Virus record (IMG/VR): IMGVR_UViG_3300009285_003054
Span: 88,726 to 152,725 of that record
DNA from: a virus
DNA: 64,000 nucleotides
Reading direction: 5' to 3' (one strand)
Below, one piece after another: positions 17,805-27,479 of the stretch (its first letter is position 1; the number at the start of each line of letters is the position of its first letter). The notes below the pieces were generated by a model. That model saw only the letters and a program-made list of their open reading frames with translations. It was not told where the DNA came from and ran no database searches. Both the position numbers and the translations under genes were made by a program.

Positions 17805-18094
17805 TACATAGCTCCAATTCTTCCGAAGAAGCCCAATGCTTCTTCAATAAATTCCTTGAGCCTGTCATCATCGATCAGGCTGTTACCTACCTCTCGGGTA
17901 AAGACTACATCCGAAAGGTAGGTCTCGTGTATTGCAACTCTAACTTTTCTGTCAGCCGCACCCATTGAGACAACGCCTAAGCGAGAGTCAGTAACTACTC
18001 GAAAGATTGTCCCGTCAAATTCAACGAAGACATTCCCATCTACCCCCGGACAATCGGTGTAGGCCCAGGTAACATGGGTACTTCGGGGTGGCAT
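17804..18094 (-). CDS. Hypothetical protein
   Basis: TAGGAAG upstream; TAATG overlap with the next gene. Confidence 0.65.
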   Translation of the reverse strand: MPPRSTHVTWAYTDCPGVDGNVFVEFDGTIFRVVTDSRLGVVSMGAADRKVRVAIHETYLSDVVFTREVGNSLIDDDRLKEFIEEALGFFGRIGAM

Positions 18095-18175
18095 ATATGC
18101 TACTTCCTAGAGAGAACCTGAAGGGTGTATAATAGCGGTGTGTATGTGTGAGTTTGACAACCACTGGTGTGTGTT

Positions 18176-18439
18176 TTATTCCACCACATTCTGATCGGCG
18201 GGTATACTGCGGCATATACGCACTGGATATACGGGGTGGTTCATGCGCATAGTATATGTCCCGTAAGCTTTACCGTGTGATATGGATCCCTTGGACGGGA
18301 CATTAGTGCTGTAATCCTCCTTTGTGGCACGAAATGCTGCTGCAATACCCCGTGCTAGCAGATTGAACACAGTCAATACATCCGACCATGTATCTACGTC
18401 TTTGATCTCAATTACCACCGTCTTCAATCCCATACTCAC
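18176..18439 (-). CDS. Hypothetical protein
   Basis: Overlaps the topoisomerase A stop; GAGGTGAG upstream of ATG 18433. Confidence 0.65.
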   Translation of the reverse strand: MSMGLKTVVIEIKDVDTWSDVLTVFNLLARGIAAAFRATKEDYSTNVPSKGSISHGKAYGTYTMRMNHPVYPVRICRSIPADQNVVE

Positions 18440-20688
18440 CTCAGAATATAACAGGTTGATAGTCCGTCACTCTTTACCCAAGACCCCACATCCACTCCGG
18501 CGAGGATCATCTTCTTACCAGATATAGTGGATACATAGTTCTTCTTTCCGACGACGAACACCACACTACTCCCCGGATTTACATCCTCCGGGGATATCCT
18601 CCCTACCCCGTTGGCCACTAGAAAGCCACCCTTTGGAACCACATAGACCAGAGGGGACTTTCGGGTACCCTTGAGCAGCTTCCTCCCTTGGCTGTTAGGT
18701 CTTTTGGTACCCAATGCAGATACCAATATAGATTCCCACTTCCCGCCACTCCTGGCGAACGCATACACTGTATCCGAATCTTGACACCCCCATGCACCAA
18801 TCAACTCTGACTCAACGTCCATAGCCAGCGGTCTATACTCGGGACTCTTGGGTGGGTGTTCAACACATCCTATATTTCCCGAACTGTCCATTACCATTAG
18901 CACAGGGAGACTTCCCTGGATCGTGCCTACTACATTTCGATATGCCGTGGCGCCCTGTGTCAGATACACCGATTTGAGGGTGTATGCGTCTCCAGATGCC
19001 TCAATCACAGTCACCGAGTCTTCTGCGGGGGTTAGGAAACCTTCAGGGAATTTCCCGCCTCTAGTAGGCAATGCATCATATCCACGCAGAAAACCCTTTG
19101 CAGTCATGTGCCAGTACCCTGTAGCTGGCCCGCTGGGTAACTCCAGTTCGGGTACCTCATAAGCCAACACGGTGGGTACCCATTTCTTGGATAACGCTGC
19201 AAAGTCTTTCTGAATCCTTCTAATGTGATGCAGAATCACCGCGTCAATATCAAGAAGATCACTTTTGATCCGCCTGAGCTCCAGCAGGATTTCACGGATC
19301 GTTTCCTGCTGCTTACCCACACCCAATCGATCCATCGACCGGATCTTTTGCTCCAGCAGGTACTCTACTTGGTCATCGGCGAGGGTAGTTTCTTTCCCGC
19401 CCCACCGGAATTTGATTTGGGCCTGAATCTCGCGTTTCTTTTCCTCCATGGGTTTTTTGGAACCCATGATCTTCCCGAGGATCTCTGCATTGCTAGCAGC
19501 TGCCAGCTTAGCCTGCTCCCGGTGTAGCTTCTCTCTCAACTGTGTCCGTTCCAGCTGGAGCATGACCGTTTCGACATCCCGCCGCCAATCTAACCAGGAC
19601 CGCAAATAAGTCAACAAGTTCACGTGTTGAAAGGTGGGGGACCCATCAACGGTGTTGACAACATCGACTACGTTCCAGGAGTATGCCTTGAATGTCCGAA
19701 GTGCTGGGAGAATTCGATCCTCTACCACCCCTGGGTTCTTAAAGAGGACTGTAATCCGCGGCCCATCTTCATCCGATTCATTGTTGAAGGCGATGATTTT
19801 CTTCTCTGCCTCCAGCGTCTCCAGTAGAGAGACAAATCCGGCTGGGTTGAATCCGGGGGCATAGCTAGTCACCACCAGTTCGTGGCTGTCCTTGCCACGT
19901 GCAATATGGTGACTGCACATGTATCGGATGGTACCTTTCCCTTCGGAATACATGTCCAGAAGGTCTTCTTTTGGGGAGATCATATAAGAATGGCCATAGT
20001 CAGGACCCCCTAAGTGTCTAACAGCACCCTTGACTGTAGCGTTGTCTCCTTTCTGCAGGACGTACTCGGCGCACTTCAACACCTGGGGTAATCCATGCGC
20101 GGGGATCTCAGTAGCCGCACCCACAGCCACACCTGATGCTCCGAAAAGTAGAAGCATTGGTAGACGGGTAGGAATGACTTGAGGTTCCTGGAACTCACCC
20201 GAGAAATTGGGTTCCATAGGTGCCACATTGATACACTCAAAATGGACCTCACCTATTTTGGAAAGGCGCACTTCTGTATACCGCATTGCAGCAGGTGGGT
20301 ATAATGCTCGAGGAAATCCACCAAAGTTCCCCTGTGGGGATATCGGCGAGAACGGATGAGATCCATCTGGCGTGATAGCCATGGGCTCCGGGTTAACCAT
20401 GCGCACGAGAGCATCATATAGGCTCTGGTCTCCATGCGGATGGAAACGCGCCATGACATCACCAACGATAGCCGCACTCTTCTTGTAGTTCCCTGTGGAG
20501 CGGATTCCCCGCTCCCACATAGAGTACAGTAATCGACGCTGAACAGGCTTCAACCCATCATGGATCTCTGGGATAGCCCTATCTTCAAGGGTGTAGATAC
20601 CGTACCCGCGATACTTATCTGCTGCATAATCCTCTGCGGCTATAGTGTCACCGTTGGCAGTATCGTGCTTCTTATGCTTCTGTTTCAT
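18436..20688 (-). CDS. gyrA: Type IIA topoisomerase subunit A (GyrA/ParC family)
   Basis: RAIP..HDGLKPVQRR, KKSAAIVGDVMARFHPHGD, GNFG, catalytic AAMRYTE; short divergent CTD. Gyrase versus topo IV is not resolved. Start ATG 20688 (or 20718). Confidence 0.95.
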   Translation of the reverse strand: MKQKHKKHDTANGDTIAAEDYAADKYRGYGIYTLEDRAIPEIHDGLKPVQRRLLYSMWERGIRSTGNYKKSAAIVGDVMARFHPHGDQSLYDALVRMVNPEPMAITPDGSHPFSPISPQGNFGGFPRALYPPAAMRYTEVRLSKIGEVHFECINVAPMEPNFSGEFQEPQVIPTRLPMLLLFGASGVAVGAATEIPAHGLPQVLKCAEYVLQKGDNATVKGAVRHLGGPDYGHSYMISPKEDLLDMYSEGKGTIRYMCSHHIARGKDSHELVVTSYAPGFNPAGFVSLLETLEAEKKIIAFNNESDEDGPRITVLFKNPGVVEDRILPALRTFKAYSWNVVDVVNTVDGSPTFQHVNLLTYLRSWLDWRRDVETVMLQLERTQLREKLHREQAKLAAASNAEILGKIMGSKKPMEEKKREIQAQIKFRWGGKETTLADDQVEYLLEQKIRSMDRLGVGKQQETIREILLELRRIKSDLLDIDAVILHHIRRIQKDFAALSKKWVPTVLAYEVPELELPSGPATGYWHMTAKGFLRGYDALPTRGGKFPEGFLTPAEDSVTVIEASGDAYTLKSVYLTQGATAYRNVVGTIQGSLPVLMVMDSSGNIGCVEHPPKSPEYRPLAMDVESELIGAWGCQDSDTVYAFARSGGKWESILVSALGTKRPNSQGRKLLKGTRKSPLVYVVPKGGFLVANGVGRISPEDVNPGSSVVFVVGKKNYVSTISGKKMILAGVDVGSWVKSDGLSTCYILR

Positions 20689-20779
20689 GCGACCTTCCGA
20701 TGAAAGAAAACTACGCACAGGATTACATTCAAAAGACTATGGTCAAGTCGATTGTGTATAAACAGATGACTTCTAGTGG

Positions 20780-20790
20780 TCTTTAGAGGA
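20780..20790 (-). promoter_or_regulatory. Candidate phage promoter element TCCTCTAAAGA
   Basis: The identical 11-mer lies upstream of both topoisomerase genes (also 24104..24114). The CTAAAG core also occurs at 16734, 22090 and 35815, each intergenic and upstream of a gene. Confidence 0.5.
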
Positions 20791-20835
20791 TTTGATGATG
20801 TGCTGTAGCGGGGGTATGCTGGGTCGCAGTGGGTG

Positions 20836-22011
20836 TCAGATGTCGATGTCGTCCAGATCGTCAGCGGAGTAGCTTGGCGGCTGCAGGTCATACACATTGG
20901 CATCACTTGTCCCCTCCGGAGGATTCCATCCGTCCTGGGACATCGCTCTCCTGACAGTCACTATCAGATCACCCCTCTCGTGTCCTTGGCGGATCGCCTC
21001 GGGGATGAAAATAGGCAGTGCACTGAACTGATCGGAGTCTGGATCGTCACTAAGCCCTTCTCGATCGGAAAACTCTTTGGGGGATGTGAGCCACTTCCAA
21101 AGTGAACCGATTGCTTTCCGGTCTGCGGGAGCTCCCGGGTTGTAACAACTGATTCCGCTTCTGGGGGCATCAGAAAAGACCCCCAGAATCCCACCTATTC
21201 GGTCGGTGACCTCATGGGAGAACAAGATGTACTTGCGGAACCCGAACTTCTTCTTTCCCCCAGCCCTCATGATGATGATCCTTCGAGAGAAGATGATCGC
21301 CTGGGAGGAAATGCCGTACATCGAGAAGCCATCTTGCATCTGGTGCAAGATGTGTGTGGCTTGATCTGTGCTTTCCTGATTCTGGCGAGCAATCATCTCG
21401 GCGATGGTTTCCACCTCCCGTTGCCTTGAGAAGATCTGATGAATCGGGAAGTTCTGCGGATACTCATCATTTCTCGGAGTTAACTCGGAACTCCGATCCT
21501 GCGATTCTTCCTGGGAGGCATCATCCCCACTTGGAGCATCCCCACTTGGAGATTGAGGAAGATCCCCCACCGCAACCAGCTCGATGCGGGGGCGCAGAGG
21601 ATCTGTGGGGATGGCGGTATCTTCGTTCGCCATGGAGGTAGCAGCATCATTGGGATTTTGCACGCTTAGCATCAGCTCCAGGACAGCTTGTTTGAAGTCA
21701 TCGATATCAGTCTCCGATGAGCATTCTTGGATAATCTCGGATATGGTCGAGTCATCCAGCGTACATGTACACCCACCCATGGTCGCATACAGCGCTTTCG
21801 CATCGGACAAAGCGAATGGGAATGAACCTTTTTCTCCCGCCATGGGGATGTCATCATCCTGATCGGTATCGATCTCATCGTCATCGTCTTCAGCATCCCC
21901 CTCAGTCTCCGGCACGACGGGACCTTTCATCTTTTTGACCATGTGCTTGTCGTCCATCCTCGGAATATCCTGCCGTACACCTGGCAGACTTCCCCTGTTC
22001 TTCTTTGACAT
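20836..22011 (-). CDS. Hypothetical highly acidic protein
   Basis: 391-aa ORF between the topoisomerase genes; D/E tracts; in-frame 15-bp duplication at 21522..21551 (PSGDA PSGDD). Confidence 0.75.
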   Translation of the reverse strand: MSKKNRGSLPGVRQDIPRMDDKHMVKKMKGPVVPETEGDAEDDDDEIDTDQDDDIPMAGEKGSFPFALSDAKALYATMGGCTCTLDDSTISEIIQECSSETDIDDFKQAVLELMLSVQNPNDAATSMANEDTAIPTDPLRPRIELVAVGDLPQSPSGDAPSGDDASQEESQDRSSELTPRNDEYPQNFPIHQIFSRQREVETIAEMIARQNQESTDQATHILHQMQDGFSMYGISSQAIIFSRRIIIMRAGGKKKFGFRKYILFSHEVTDRIGGILGVFSDAPRSGISCYNPGAPADRKAIGSLWKWLTSPKEFSDREGLSDDPDSDQFSALPIFIPEAIRQGHERGDLIVTVRRAMSQDGWNPPEGTSDANVYDLQPPSYSADDLDDIDI

Positions 22012-22114
22012 GATTTCCGCCCTCTTATTAGTTATTAGATTGCTGTGTTACGAAACGCACAAGGCGCTCATCTACTAGTGACAAGAAGCCTTTAGGGGAT
22101 TAGGAAAAACACCG

Positions 22115-24061
22115 TTATGTCAACCCTAGTAGGTCTTTGCGGAACCCTACGTCACTCCCTAACAGGTTGGCAACGTACTGTAAGGAGTTTCGATCCCCTT
22201 GGACCCGCACCAATCTTCGAGTTTTGGGCTCCATGGAAGTTTCCGCCAATTCGGCGGGTTGCATCTCCCCTAACCCCTTTATCCGAGTCACGGTAAGCTT
22301 ACCGTGATATCCGCGTTCCCCCGCAAGTGTATTGACCGACTCCAGGGTATCCCCGAAGACCCGCCCCCGTGGCCACTTTGCAGAAAATAGGGGTGGGAGA
22401 CTAATCCACAAGCGACCGTCCTCCACAAAAGGTAGCATATATCGGAGAAAAAATCCCAAGAGTAGGGTAGAGATATGACCTCCATCTTGGTCGGCATCAG
22501 CCATTATGATGGCCTTGCCTACCCTTGATTTGGATGGATCACATGTCTCTCCATGGTTTTCCAGATCATGCCCTGCCCCAATGGACCGAACTATGGCCCC
22601 ATACTCCTCGTTGTCGAAGATCTTGGCTATTCGAGTAAGCCCTTCCTGAATCGGGTTCGGTGGTTTACCCTTCAGGGGGAGGATCTCTTGAAAGAGCACC
22701 CCACGAGCGTTGCGTGCTCGTGCTCTCACTGCATTGCCCCCTGCGGATGCGCCTTCTACAATGAACAGCTCTCGTTCTTCTTTGGTGCATCGTAGAGCGG
22801 TGGTGAGCTTACTGGGGAGCCCAGTCCTTCCCGTTTTCACATCTGCATAGGCTGCTTGAGTAGCCACACTTTTTGCGGTCTTGTATGCTTTCCTTGCTTC
22901 CGCCATGCGTACTGCTCTATCCACCAGAGCAGCAACCACAGTCCCATTGGCAGCAGCCCATTTCCCGAGGTGGGTACTGAAGATCGTATCAGCCATTCCT
23001 GCGCATTCTGGGTTGTTGAGCCTGTTCTTTGCCTGCCCTTCAAAATGAGGCTCGCGCAGCATCACATGTGTGGCTACCCGCAATCCTTCCCGGAAATCAT
23101 CCCCAGTGACTCCGTCAGATTTGCAGTAGTCCGCCATGATTCGAGTAATCGCCCGCTTGGCTCCGGTTATGTGGGTGCCACCATCTTTCACGGGGATCAT
23201 GTTGACCCACGAAAACCACTGCTCCTCGTCCCCATCTGTCCACCAGATGGCTACGTCCAATGCCTCTGAGTCGGGTCTGGGGGTGTCCATTAACTGAAAC
23301 TTGCGGTCCACGAACTTTCCATGTACTCGGAAGGAAATGGGCGCGTCCAGCACCGGCTTTTCCTTCCTTCCTAATCTTGTCCGGAGATACCCAGCCAAGC
23401 CTTCTTTGGATGTCAAGGTTGTGACACTTCCGTTGATATCCAGGGTTACCTTAAGCCCTGGACAAAGATATGAAACCGAAGTAAGCCGCTCGCGCAAGAT
23501 ATCCGGGTCAAATGTAGTCTTCCCGAAGATGCTCCTGTCAGGGTGGAAAGTGACAGTAGTCCCGGAGTCTTTGGACTTCCCAACCTTTCGAGTGGGATCC
23601 ACCACCTTCCCCTTCCCAAACCCCACTTGGTAGAGCAGTCTACCTCTAACAGTGGTTACCACCATCCGATCGGAGAGTGCGCATGTGGCTTTCGCCCCAA
23701 CACCATGAAGCCCCCCCGATATGGCGTAAGCCTGCTTCCCGAACTTACCCCCCATCATAGTTCGAGTGAAGATCCCCTCAATAGTGGGTTTCCCTGTTTG
23801 TGGATGCTTCTCCACTGGGACACCCCGTCCGTCATCAGACACTGTAACCTCTTGCTTCGTAGTGTTCAGTGTCACCCCCAACGTTTTGCAGTGTCCTGCG
23901 AGGTATTCATCTACGGCGTTGTCGATTAGTTCCCACACCAGGTGGTGGAGTCCGGACTTGCCCGTATCGGGGACATACATCCCTGGACGGGACCGGATGT
24001 GTGTCACCCCATCCATTGCTTGGATAGATGACGCATCATATGTAGACACTGTCTTTGCCAC
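22115..24061 (-). CDS. gyrB: Type IIA topoisomerase subunit B (GyrB/ParE family)
   Basis: YDASSI...IRSRPGMY, ELIDNAVDE, DDGRGVP, GGLHGVG, TOPRIM motifs VEGASAGG, PLKGK, DADQDGGHI, KGLGEM; GTG start with TAGGAG SD. Confidence 0.96.
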   Translation of the reverse strand: MAKTVSTYDASSIQAMDGVTHIRSRPGMYVPDTGKSGLHHLVWELIDNAVDEYLAGHCKTLGVTLNTTKQEVTVSDDGRGVPVEKHPQTGKPTIEGIFTRTMMGGKFGKQAYAISGGLHGVGAKATCALSDRMVVTTVRGRLLYQVGFGKGKVVDPTRKVGKSKDSGTTVTFHPDRSIFGKTTFDPDILRERLTSVSYLCPGLKVTLDINGSVTTLTSKEGLAGYLRTRLGRKEKPVLDAPISFRVHGKFVDRKFQLMDTPRPDSEALDVAIWWTDGDEEQWFSWVNMIPVKDGGTHITGAKRAITRIMADYCKSDGVTGDDFREGLRVATHVMLREPHFEGQAKNRLNNPECAGMADTIFSTHLGKWAAANGTVVAALVDRAVRMAEARKAYKTAKSVATQAAYADVKTGRTGLPSKLTTALRCTKEERELFIVEGASAGGNAVRARARNARGVLFQEILPLKGKPPNPIQEGLTRIAKIFDNEEYGAIVRSIGAGHDLENHGETCDPSKSRVGKAIIMADADQDGGHISTLLLGFFLRYMLPFVEDGRLWISLPPLFSAKWPRGRVFGDTLESVNTLAGERGYHGKLTVTRIKGLGEMQPAELAETSMEPKTRRLVRVQGDRNSLQYVANLLGSDVGFRKDLLGLT

Positions 24062-24103
24062 GCATAGCTCCTATGTAATGTCCGCTGATATTAGCTTGTG
24101 CGC

Positions 24104-24114
24104 TCTTTAGAGGA
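24104..24114 (-). promoter_or_regulatory. Candidate phage promoter element TCCTCTAAAGA
   Basis: Identical to 20780..20790; 43 nt upstream of the gyrB start; TAATAT follows 11 nt after CTAAAG. Confidence 0.5.
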
Positions 24115-24143
24115 ACCAGATAAGGTGCAAGCAACGGCTTTGG

Positions 24144-25388
24144 TTAGTACACCACCGTTATACAAAAGTCAAACTGCTCTGAAGCGGAGATACCCTGTGG
24201 TGGAATAGTAATTCGCATTTGGTGGTGGTTACTTACATTAGGTTCGGACGTGCACCAATGCACCAATGCAGTATGCAGTATCCCTACTATTTCACCAGGA
24301 TGGAACGTTCGTTTAAACAGTGTTTTGTAGGAGGTAGTCGTAGGGTATACAGTATAACACACAAGAGGATTTGCAGCTGACAGTAACTCAAGCATAGTGA
24401 ATCGAAAACTCACACCTTTTGGGTACGCCCCTCTAATAACAGAATCCTTGTGATCGAGAAAAATCTCCTTTATTATTCGAGCTATGTCATCTAAACTACA
24501 GGCGGATTCTGATTCCCCAGACTCTAGCTGGGTATGTACAGGCTGCTTCACACTTGGTATTGGTAGTCGGGTAGTGTCTCTACCAATTTCTACAGAAATC
24601 TCATGCTTGTTATCGATATCTGAAAAGGTCGTGGTTCTGCTAGGCAAAAGCACATCGGTGTGCAAATCACATATACATGGAGGAAATACTAATTTGCCAA
24701 TGTGTCCGTTCAGTATTTTCTTCAAATCAGTTTGCGGGTCAAGATACTGTGCTAGCTTACCTCCGATTACACTTCCCCAGAGATCCCTAGACAGATGTAC
24801 TACCACTTCTGATGGGTTATCCTGCGTCCCGGATATATACTGGATTAGATTTGCACATTCAATAAAAACTTGGCTAGTCAATCGATTTCTCTTGATTACA
24901 CGCCCTGACTCGTGTGTGCGACATGTTCCCGGAGGATCCTCTCTTTGAACTGACTCCACACCATCTACAGTAGTATGTGCTATATTATGTGCGGATCCTA
25001 AGCTATCCGCTAATACAGATAACACAGCTTGCATCTGCATTGCTTTGGTTGAGTAATTTGGATTCTCTACAATATTTGGATTCTCTACAATATAGGGATC
25101 CAGGATTGACACGACTGCAATCCCCATATAGACCCATTTCAACCGCACATCCTGGGGAAGTTGTTTCCACTCGGGACAATCCTCACCGAGGAAATTCTTC
25201 CCCCGATTGACTCCCGCTGAATTATAGATGGCATATAGCATTTGTCCGACATCGCTGTCATCGGACCCTCCGGAATCGTATCCGGTTGCGTAACAGCATT
25301 TTGGAAGGTGCTGCGCATTCTGTGTAGTTTGTCCGACTAGTGATTCATTCAATTTGGCCATGACAGATTTCCTTTTCGACTCCCCCAT
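24144..25388 (-). CDS. Hypothetical protein (414 aa)
   Basis: Long tiled ORF; contains an in-frame perfect 18-bp duplication at 25056..25091 (IVENPN x2). Confidence 0.7.
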   Translation of the reverse strand: MGESKRKSVMAKLNESLVGQTTQNAQHLPKCCYATGYDSGGSDDSDVGQMLYAIYNSAGVNRGKNFLGEDCPEWKQLPQDVRLKWVYMGIAVVSILDPYIVENPNIVENPNYSTKAMQMQAVLSVLADSLGSAHNIAHTTVDGVESVQREDPPGTCRTHESGRVIKRNRLTSQVFIECANLIQYISGTQDNPSEVVVHLSRDLWGSVIGGKLAQYLDPQTDLKKILNGHIGKLVFPPCICDLHTDVLLPSRTTTFSDIDNKHEISVEIGRDTTRLPIPSVKQPVHTQLESGESESACSLDDIARIIKEIFLDHKDSVIRGAYPKGVSFRFTMLELLSAANPLVCYTVYPTTTSYKTLFKRTFHPGEIVGILHTALVHWCTSEPNVSNHHQMRITIPPQGISASEQFDFCITVVY

Positions 25389-25403
25389 TTCAGTCCATCG
25401 GAT

Positions 25404-26006
25404 TCAACGCAAGTAACCTAGCTGGTGTAATTCTTTACGTCGATTATTTGGTATGGTTCTCGGACCAAAGAAGCATGCGGCAAAAATCTCAGCAGCATAC
25501 TCGTCTACATTGACCAACGACCGTCGAGACGGGATGAACGAGTTGTACCACTTTTGACCATGAGCCTGCCATACGGTTATAAGAGATACAGTAGCCACAC
25601 GTTCCATGGCCTGCCTGTACAAGTTTTCGAAGACACTGAATTTACTTGATGTCAAGACGTGAGACGCAACAATATGCCCAATTTCGTGTACCAAGACACG
25701 CTCGTCAACCGCACCCATTGCCACAAACGGACGATCATGACGAGAAAACGCGGACCATTCTCCGCGATGAGCATTGTCGTCGGTTCGTGTGAAACCTATC
25801 TGAAAAGTAATCTTCGGAAGCTTTAGCCGCATTCTTGATGTGATTGCCTGTAGTGTTTGATCAATCAGGTTCACTGCCAACCAAAACTCCGCCGGAGTAA
25901 AATCACCCAATCCACTGGCCGGCATGAATGCTCTAAAGGTAGATTTATCGATTTGGCAATCCTGTGTGACGTTGGTATAGGATGTTCCAATTGTAGCACT
26001 ACGCAT
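25404..26006 (-). CDS. Zincin-like metallopeptidase
   Basis: LVHEIGHIV (HExxH) plus downstream VDEYAAEIFA; ATG 26006 has a GGAG SD (supplied start 26024). Confidence 0.75.
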   Translation of the reverse strand: MRSATIGTSYTNVTQDCQIDKSTFRAFMPASGLGDFTPAEFWLAVNLIDQTLQAITSRMRLKLPKITFQIGFTRTDDNAHRGEWSAFSRHDRPFVAMGAVDERVLVHEIGHIVASHVLTSSKFSVFENLYRQAMERVATVSLITVWQAHGQKWYNSFIPSRRSLVNVDEYAAEIFAACFFGPRTIPNNRRKELHQLGYLR

Positions 26007-26051
26007 GTACATACTCCATCTCAAATGAATGACTGAATGAGCATTGCCGCG

Positions 26052-26921
26052 TTAGCCTGGTAGGGAGTATATGCCCCGCATCCCAGCCAACCACCCTTCC
26101 GATTTTCGCCCGTCGGACCACAAGATCCCAATATATACATCCCCTTGTCTCTCTGGAGTTTTCTCTTCAGGATCCTGATCGGAATCTGGGTTTTCCAACA
26201 ATGGTCCGGTATATGTCACCACACCATGTTGACCTCGATCATCCACCACAGGTGCATTCGAGTGTAGTCTTTCACCCAAATCCGCTATAGGGACCCACCC
26301 ACCCTCGGATACATCATCCATAAGCGCATGTGTGGGACACATTTGATGTTGGTATCTTCCTGAACGATTGTTAGTACTCCCGTAGAATGTCTGATCCCCA
26401 CGGCTCTCGAAGTAGGTAATCTGAACGAGTCGTTGGCCTGGGTATATTATGGTAGGCTCTACTACTACAATCTCGAGAGTCCACCTCCCACAGAACCCGT
26501 TGTCACCCCTACCTGCAGTTACGTGGGTAAAAATCCCGAGTCGGCCAGTAGAAGATCTGCCGTCGAGGTAGGGTATAAGTCCCCACGATTCGGTGTACTC
26601 TCGTGTAACCCCGAGATAAAGTGTCGCAGGTCGAAGGATCCAGCAATCTTCTCTTGTTACTGGGTGTAGTATTAGCGGAACCACTTTTGTTACAGGTGGC
26701 CTTTTGGAGTCGATCACACCAGCTAATCTACCCCCGAATGCATCAGACGTTAATGCAATCTTTCTATTACCCTCATTGACGATATCCCCTGAGTACATCC
26801 GCAGCTCATCTCCAAGGTGAAGGTCCACGGAATTGGAGTTGACACAGGCTGGATCGAACGGGTTGATTACAATCGTTCCTTTGGTAATCTGGTTTTTGAT
26901 TTCCGCACCGGTGAGAATCAT
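26052..26921 (-). CDS. dcd: dCTP deaminase with C-terminal extension
   Basis: MILT..EI, NSVDLHLG, DGRSSTGRLG, D.GF.G..TLEI, YPGQRLVQITY, GRYQ. Confidence 0.93.
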   Translation of the reverse strand: MILTGAEIKNQITKGTIVINPFDPACVNSNSVDLHLGDELRMYSGDIVNEGNRKIALTSDAFGGRLAGVIDSKRPPVTKVVPLILHPVTREDCWILRPATLYLGVTREYTESWGLIPYLDGRSSTGRLGIFTHVTAGRGDNGFCGRWTLEIVVVEPTIIYPGQRLVQITYFESRGDQTFYGSTNNRSGRYQHQMCPTHALMDDVSEGGWVPIADLGERLHSNAPVVDDRGQHGVVTYTGPLLENPDSDQDPEEKTPERQGDVYIGILWSDGRKSEGWLAGMRGIYSLPG

Positions 26922-27469
26922 TTTCCACCCTTTGAATCCGTGAATGTCTCGGTACGGTTATTCGGAGAGTACCCTATACCCTCTGGCAAGTATGCGACGA
27001 CTTCCGAATGGTTGACAACCGTATACCGCGACCATATACCCATGATTTCCTTTGATACCAGCAAAGTTAGCCCCGAAAAACACAGCCCCATTTTCGCCGC
27101 CATGGCCATGGCCGAATAGTTGGTGTTGGAAATCATCGTGCTGACGGGCCAGTGCACTACTACCTGCTCCAGAAGCATAGTCGCCACCCTTTGTCTTTGG
27201 TACTCGGGGTGGACAATCAATGATTCTATCCATATATGCATCTCCATCCCCGCATAGGGATGCATCATGGTAAGCCTACCCAACCCAAATGAGGTAAGTC
27301 GGTAGCATAGGTAACCCACGAGCACGCCTGAATCATGTTGGGATACACATACTGACCCAGAGATCACGGACAACGCCATGTCGAAAGGGTTCGACATGGG
27401 TCTCCCCCAGACTAGCGTCTCTAAGTTGATAATGCCGTCAAGATCAGATGTGGTTGCGAATCTAATCAT
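26918..27469 (-). CDS. GNAT-family N-acetyltransferase (RimI-like)
   Basis: MIRFATTSDL..I..LE, LVGY, IESLIVHPEYQRQRVATMLL (acetyl-CoA motif A), N..A...AKMG. Confidence 0.85.
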   Translation of the reverse strand: MIRFATTSDLDGIINLETLVWGRPMSNPFDMALSVISGSVCVSQHDSGVLVGYLCYRLTSFGLGRLTMMHPYAGMEMHIWIESLIVHPEYQRQRVATMLLEQVVVHWPVSTMISNTNYSAMAMAAKMGLCFSGLTLLVSKEIMGIWSRYTVVNHSEVVAYLPEGIGYSPNNRTETFTDSKGGK

Positions 27470-27479
27470 GATTGATCTC

